Shown: positions 59,689 through 64,000 of the stretch, one piece after another
Layout of the letters: each line of letters begins with the position of its first letter
Position numbering within the stretch: the first letter of the stretch is position 1
NCBI GenBank assembly: GCA_944391335.1
Contig: CALXTF010000002.1
Coordinates: 11,801-75,800, forward strand
DNA length: 64,000 nucleotides
Direction of reading: 5' to 3'
Source: an uncultured Alphaproteobacteria bacterium
GTDB taxonomy: Bacteria; Pseudomonadota; Alphaproteobacteria; RF32; CAG-239
Notes under the pieces: generated by a model
Told to the model about the DNA's origin: nothing
Database searches by the model: none
Seen by the model: only the letters and a program-made list of their open reading frames with translations
Position numbers and translations under genes: made by a program

Positions 59689-60006
59689 TTATTTATCGAT
59701 TACTTCACCAGACTTACGAGCAAAACGTACTTTACGGCCGTTTTCTTCCTTATAGCCGACCTTGGTTGCTTTTCCTTGAGAATCAACCAAAGCAACATTG
59801 GAAACGTGAATCGGTGCTTCTTTTGTAATTATACCGCCTGCCGACGTTTGACTCGGTTTAGTATGTCTTTTTACCAAATTAATACCTTGAACGACGACTT
59901 TACCTTCTTTAGGCATAGCTTTTATAATTTCTCCGGTTTTACCTTTGTCATCTCCAGACAAAACGATAACCCGATCGCCTTTTTTAACTTTTAATTTCAG
60001 GTTCAT
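59689..60006 (-). CDS. rplX: 50S ribosomal protein L24
   Basis: [22 protein letters not shown] (KOW motif). TAATG overlap with rplN. Confidence 0.95.
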   Translation of the reverse strand: MNLKLKVKKGDRVIVLSGDDKGKTGEIIKAMPKEGKVVVQGINLVKRHTKPSQTSAGGIITKEAPIHVSNVALVDSQGKATKVGYKEENGRKVRFARKSGEVIDK

Positions 60007-60374
60007 TATAGTACCTCCGGTGCGAGTGAAATTATTTTCATAAATTTCTTTGCGCGCAATTCTCTGGTAACAGGGCCAAATATACGAGTTCCGATTGGTT
60101 CCCCATCTTTATTAATCAAAACTGCGGCATTACTGTCAAAACGGATTACTGATCCGTCTTTACGACGGATATCACTGGCTGTACGGACAATAACGGCTTT
60201 ACATACATCACCTTTTTTGACACGGCCTTTTGGTAGTGCATCTTTAATCGAAACGACGATGACGTCACCGACGGTTGCGTGCATTCTTTTTGAACCACCA
60301 AGAACCTTTATGCACTGCACCTGACGTGCGCCCGAGTTATCTGCAACATCCAGGTTGGTTTGCATTTGTATCAT
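60006..60374 (-). CDS. rplN: 50S ribosomal protein L14
   Basis: [17 protein letters not shown]. Confidence 0.97.
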   Translation of the reverse strand: MIQMQTNLDVADNSGARQVQCIKVLGGSKRMHATVGDVIVVSIKDALPKGRVKKGDVCKAVIVRTASDIRRKDGSVIRFDSNAAVLINKDGEPIGTRIFGPVTRELRAKKFMKIISLAPEVL

Positions 60375-60389
60375 TTTTTTATTCCTTCT

Positions 60390-60629
60390 CTATTCGGCGT
60401 TATCAACTAACACGGTCCAAGTCTTGGTTTTAGAATAAGGCTTGGCCTCGATAATTCTAACTTCATCACCAATTTTGAACTGGTTATTTTCATCATGAGC
60501 TGCATATTTTTTGCTTTTCTTGATGAATTTTTTATAAACAGGATGCATAACCTGACGTTCTACTTTAACAACAACAGTTTTATCCTGTTTATCACTAACA
60601 ACAACACCTTGAAGAATTCTTTTAGGCAT
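60390..60629 (-). CDS. rpsQ: 30S ribosomal protein S17
   Basis: [20 protein letters not shown] ... HDENN. Confidence 0.95.
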   Translation of the reverse strand: MPKRILQGVVVSDKQDKTVVVKVERQVMHPVYKKFIKKSKKYAAHDENNQFKIGDEVRIIEAKPYSKTKTWTVLVDNAE

Positions 60630-60639
60630 ATCTTTTCTC

Positions 60640-60837
60640 CTAACTATTCTTCTTACGCTCGGTTAAAAGCGTGTTGATTTTTGCTATTTCGCGGCGAACT
60701 TTACGGACATTTGCTGTATTTTGCAACTGACCTGTAGACTGTTGAATTCTCAAATTAAACAACTCTTTTTTATTTTCGAGTAATTTAGCTTCTAATTCAT
60801 CAGCGCTCATGCTGCGAAGATCTTTTATTTTTGCCAT
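60640..60837 (-). CDS. rpmC: 50S ribosomal protein L29
   Basis: [26 protein letters not shown]. Confidence 0.94.
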   Translation of the reverse strand: MAKIKDLRSMSADELEAKLLENKKELFNLRIQQSTGQLQNTANVRKVRREIAKINTLLTERKKNS

Positions 60838-60838
60838 T

Positions 60839-61267
60839 TTATGCTACTCCTTGGTCTGAATTAAGACGTTTAACGAATTTTGTTTTAATTGGGAGTTTTG
60901 CGGCACCTAAAGCAAAAGCTGTACGTGCTGTTTCTTCGCTAACACCGTCAATTTCAAACATAATTCGACCGGGATGCACTCTGGCGCACCAATATTCTAT
61001 TGAACCTTTTCCTTTACCCATACGAACTTCGGCTGGTTTATCAGATACTGGTACATCGGGGAAAATTCGGATCCATACTCTTCCGGCTCTTTTCATTTCA
61101 CGGGTAATCGCACGACGAGCTGCTTCTATTTGACGAGCTGTAATACGATCCGGAGTGAGAGCTTTCAATCCATATGTTCCGAAACTCAGTTCCGCTCCGC
61201 CTTTGGTCAGGCCGTGAATACGACCTTTATGCTGCTTACGGAATTTCATTTTCTTTGGACTTAACAT
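60839..61267 (-). CDS. rplP: 50S ribosomal protein L16
   Basis: [16 protein letters not shown]. The start is trimmed to the conserved MLSPK. Confidence 0.96.
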   Translation of the reverse strand: MLSPKKMKFRKQHKGRIHGLTKGGAELSFGTYGLKALTPDRITARQIEAARRAITREMKRAGRVWIRIFPDVPVSDKPAEVRMGKGKGSIEYWCARVHPGRIMFEIDGVSEETARTAFALGAAKLPIKTKFVKRLNSDQGVA

Positions 61268-61282
61268 TTTTAACCTCAATCT

Positions 61283-61951
61283 TTACTTTTGTTCAGCCAA
61301 TTTCTTATCTTGAGCCATTGGATCATGAGCCATAATTTCACCTTTATAGATCCATACTTTAACACCGCAAGCTCCGTAAGTTGTATGAGCTGTTGAAGTT
61401 GCATAATCAATGTCTGCGCGCAAGGTATGTAATGGTACCCGACCTTCACGATATTGTTCGGTTCGTGCTATTTCGGCTCCGCCTAAACGACCCGAGCAAC
61501 TTACTTTAATACCTTCGGCACCCAAACGCAAAGCTGATTGCATAACGCGTTTCATAGCGCGACGGAATGCAACACGTCTTTCCAATTGTTGAGCAACAGA
61601 ATCTGCTACTAATTGTGCATCAAGTTCAGGTTTTCTGACTTCCAAGATATTTAATTGAACTTCTGAAGAAGTCAAAGCTTGTATTTCTTTTCTTAAAGCT
61701 TCAATATCCTGACCTTTTTTGCCAATAACAACACCCGGTCTGGCCGAATGAATAGTTACTCTGGCTTTTTTAGCAGGACGTTCAATGACGATTTTACTAA
61801 TACCAGCTTGAGCTAATTTATTCTTCAAAAATTCTTTAATTTTTACATCTTCATGCAAGTAATCGGCATAATTATCGTCCGCGTACCAACGAGAGTCCCA
61901 AGTGCGGTTTACTCCCAAACGAAGACTTGTAGGATTTGCTTTTTGTCCCAT
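61283..61951 (-). CDS. rpsC: 30S ribosomal protein S3
   Basis: [13 protein letters not shown], with KH and S3-C domains. The start is trimmed to MGQK. Confidence 0.96.
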   Translation of the reverse strand: MGQKANPTSLRLGVNRTWDSRWYADDNYADYLHEDVKIKEFLKNKLAQAGISKIVIERPAKKARVTIHSARPGVVIGKKGQDIEALRKEIQALTSSEVQLNILEVRKPELDAQLVADSVAQQLERRVAFRRAMKRVMQSALRLGAEGIKVSCSGRLGGAEIARTEQYREGRVPLHTLRADIDYATSTAHTTYGACGVKVWIYKGEIMAHDPMAQDKKLAEQK

Positions 61952-61955
61952 CTGT

Positions 61956-62330
61956 TTACTCCCCACGCTCGGTTACAACGATTGTAATGTTGGAGAAAGG
62001 TTTTAACACTCTTGCTCCTCTGCCGCGGCCTCTAGCGTGCATACGTTTCATTACTAAACCTTTTCCGCAATAAGCTTCACTTACATAAAGCTTATCTATA
62101 TTTAACTGATGATTGTTTTCAGCGTTTGCAATTGCGGATTGCAAAACTTTTAAAACCGATTTTGCTATTCTCTTCTTGGAGAAAGTCAATTCAGCAACAG
62201 CCTTTTCTGCAGATAGTCCGCGGATTGATTCGGCAACCAGATTTAGTTTACGGGGACTTGTTCGTAATGCATTGCAAACAGCTTGCGCTTGATTGGCTTG
62301 CAGTCTTCTTGTATCTTTAGACTTTCCCAT
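61956..62330 (-). CDS. rplV: 50S ribosomal protein L22
   Basis: [14 protein letters not shown] ... [26 protein letters not shown] lies 6 nt upstream of the ATG at 62330. Confidence 0.95.
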   Translation of the reverse strand: MGKSKDTRRLQANQAQAVCNALRTSPRKLNLVAESIRGLSAEKAVAELTFSKKRIAKSVLKVLQSAIANAENNHQLNIDKLYVSEAYCGKGLVMKRMHARGRGRGARVLKPFSNITIVVTERGE

Positions 62331-62332
62331 CA

Positions 62333-62611
62333 CTAACTCCTCTTTGCTTTCTTATCGGCTGCGTGTCCGTAGAATGTACGGGTTGGTGCAAATTCACCAA
62401 ACTTGTGTCCGACCATATCTTCGGTAACCAGAACCGGGATAAACTTATGACCATTGTGAACACCAAATGTTAATCCGACAAATTGTGGCAACATGGTGGA
62501 TCTGCGCGACCAGATTTTAATAACTTCATTTCTACCGGAAGCTCTGGCTGCATCTGCTTTCTTCAAGAGATATCCATCAACAAACGGTCCTTTCCATACT
62601 GAACGTGTCAT
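62333..62611 (-). CDS. rpsS: 30S ribosomal protein S19
   Basis: [12 protein letters not shown] ... [13 protein letters not shown]. Confidence 0.96.
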   Translation of the reverse strand: MTRSVWKGPFVDGYLLKKADAARASGRNEVIKIWSRRSTMLPQFVGLTFGVHNGHKFIPVLVTEDMVGHKFGEFAPTRTFYGHAADKKAKRS

Positions 62612-62627
62612 TAGCTTATCTCCTTAA

Positions 62628-63461
<834 letters not shown>

Positions 63462-63464
63462 TTT

Positions 63465-63782
63465 TTAAATTCCTGTTGTAACATCAATATTTTGACCTTC
63501 GACAAGTGTTACGAGAGCTTTTTTATAATCTGAGCGACAACCCAAATTATTTCTAAATCTCTTAACCTTGCCCGCCTGACGAATAGTATTCACCTTAACA
63601 ACTTTAACATTAAAAATTGTTTCAACAGCTGTTTTAATTTCATCTTTTGTTGCTTCCAAGGGAACACGAAAAACTATTTTTCCCGCTTCACTTGAAAGCA
63701 TTGATTTTTCGGTGATTACCGGACGAATTAATGTATCATACATTTGCCCTGTTACATTGTTGGTTTTCTTTTCTTTACTCAT
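63465..63782 (-). CDS. rplW: 50S ribosomal protein L23
   Basis: IRPVITEKS ... VVKVNT. The start is taken at MSKEKK, just downstream of the rplD stop. Confidence 0.93.
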   Translation of the reverse strand: MSKEKKTNNVTGQMYDTLIRPVITEKSMLSSEAGKIVFRVPLEATKDEIKTAVETIFNVKVVKVNTIRQAGKVKRFRNNLGCRSDYKKALVTLVEGQNIDVTTGI

Positions 63783-64000
63783 TTTAATCTTTCCTCCAAG
63801 CAACTGACAGCATTTTTGGTTAACACTAATTTGTCTTTTCTTAAGATATCATATACATTAGCTCCGATTGTTGGTAATACATCAACGCCGATAATATTAC
63901 GAGTTGCCAATGCAAAATTGACATCAACCTCTTGTCCGTCAATGAACAGGCAGTTATTTAATCCGCAAGCATCCAACTTTGCTTTTAAGTCTTTTGTTTT
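63779..64000 (-). CDS. rplD: 50S ribosomal protein L4, C-terminal part (gene continues beyond the window)
   Basis: C-terminal ...[42 protein letters not shown]. It sits upstream of rplW, as in the S10 operon. Confidence 0.85.
   Translation of the reverse strand, partial: KTKDLKAKLDACGLNNCLFIDGQEVDVNFALATRNIIGVDVLPTIGANVYDILRKDKLVLTKNAVSCLEERLK

Overview
This is a visibly AT-rich bacterial chromosomal segment, about 85-90% coding. Gene content suggests a low-GC, probably host-associated alphaproteobacterium, but that is an inference and not proven. Supporting signs are a MotE/FliM-like cluster, a bactofilin-M23 pair, a zinc-ribbon/DUF3426 remnant next to ftsEX, a Bat/VWA operon, and an L14 N-terminus [17 protein letters not shown].

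Housekeeping content:
- Core genes: eno, tig, prfC, comEC, an MsbA-like ABC exporter, lepA, uvrB, smpB, tadA, rluB, rsmD, plsC, ftsEX, argS, gap, pgk.
- Ribosomal genes: the 3' part of the S10 operon plus the spc operon, rplD through rplO, on the minus strand.
- Two tRNAs: Leu-UAG and Val-GAC.
- No rRNA, CRISPR array, integrase or transposase was seen.

Non-housekeeping content worth attention:
1. An accessory island of about 4 kb (52.1-56.2 kb) lies between pgk and rplO, where secY would normally follow rplO. It carries two XRE-type HTH genes, a 282-aa unknown protein, a 332-bp-period array of three 96-aa membrane-protein paralogs, and three tandem copies of a roughly 170-nt structured non-coding RNA. 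Each RNA copy has its own promoter-like hexamers and intrinsic terminator. Compensatory base changes between copies support a shared fold.
2. A two-gene operon encodes a 1282-aa protein with a prepilin-type (class III) N-terminus and a 293-aa Cys-rich paralog of its N-terminal region.
3. A 130-bp multi-hairpin repeat is present in two inverted copies (127 of 130 positions identical), bracketing 8.6 kb.
4. A small, apparently truncated flagellar-like cluster lies next to the pilin-like operon.

All calls come from reading the sequence and the ORF track. No database search or folding program was run.
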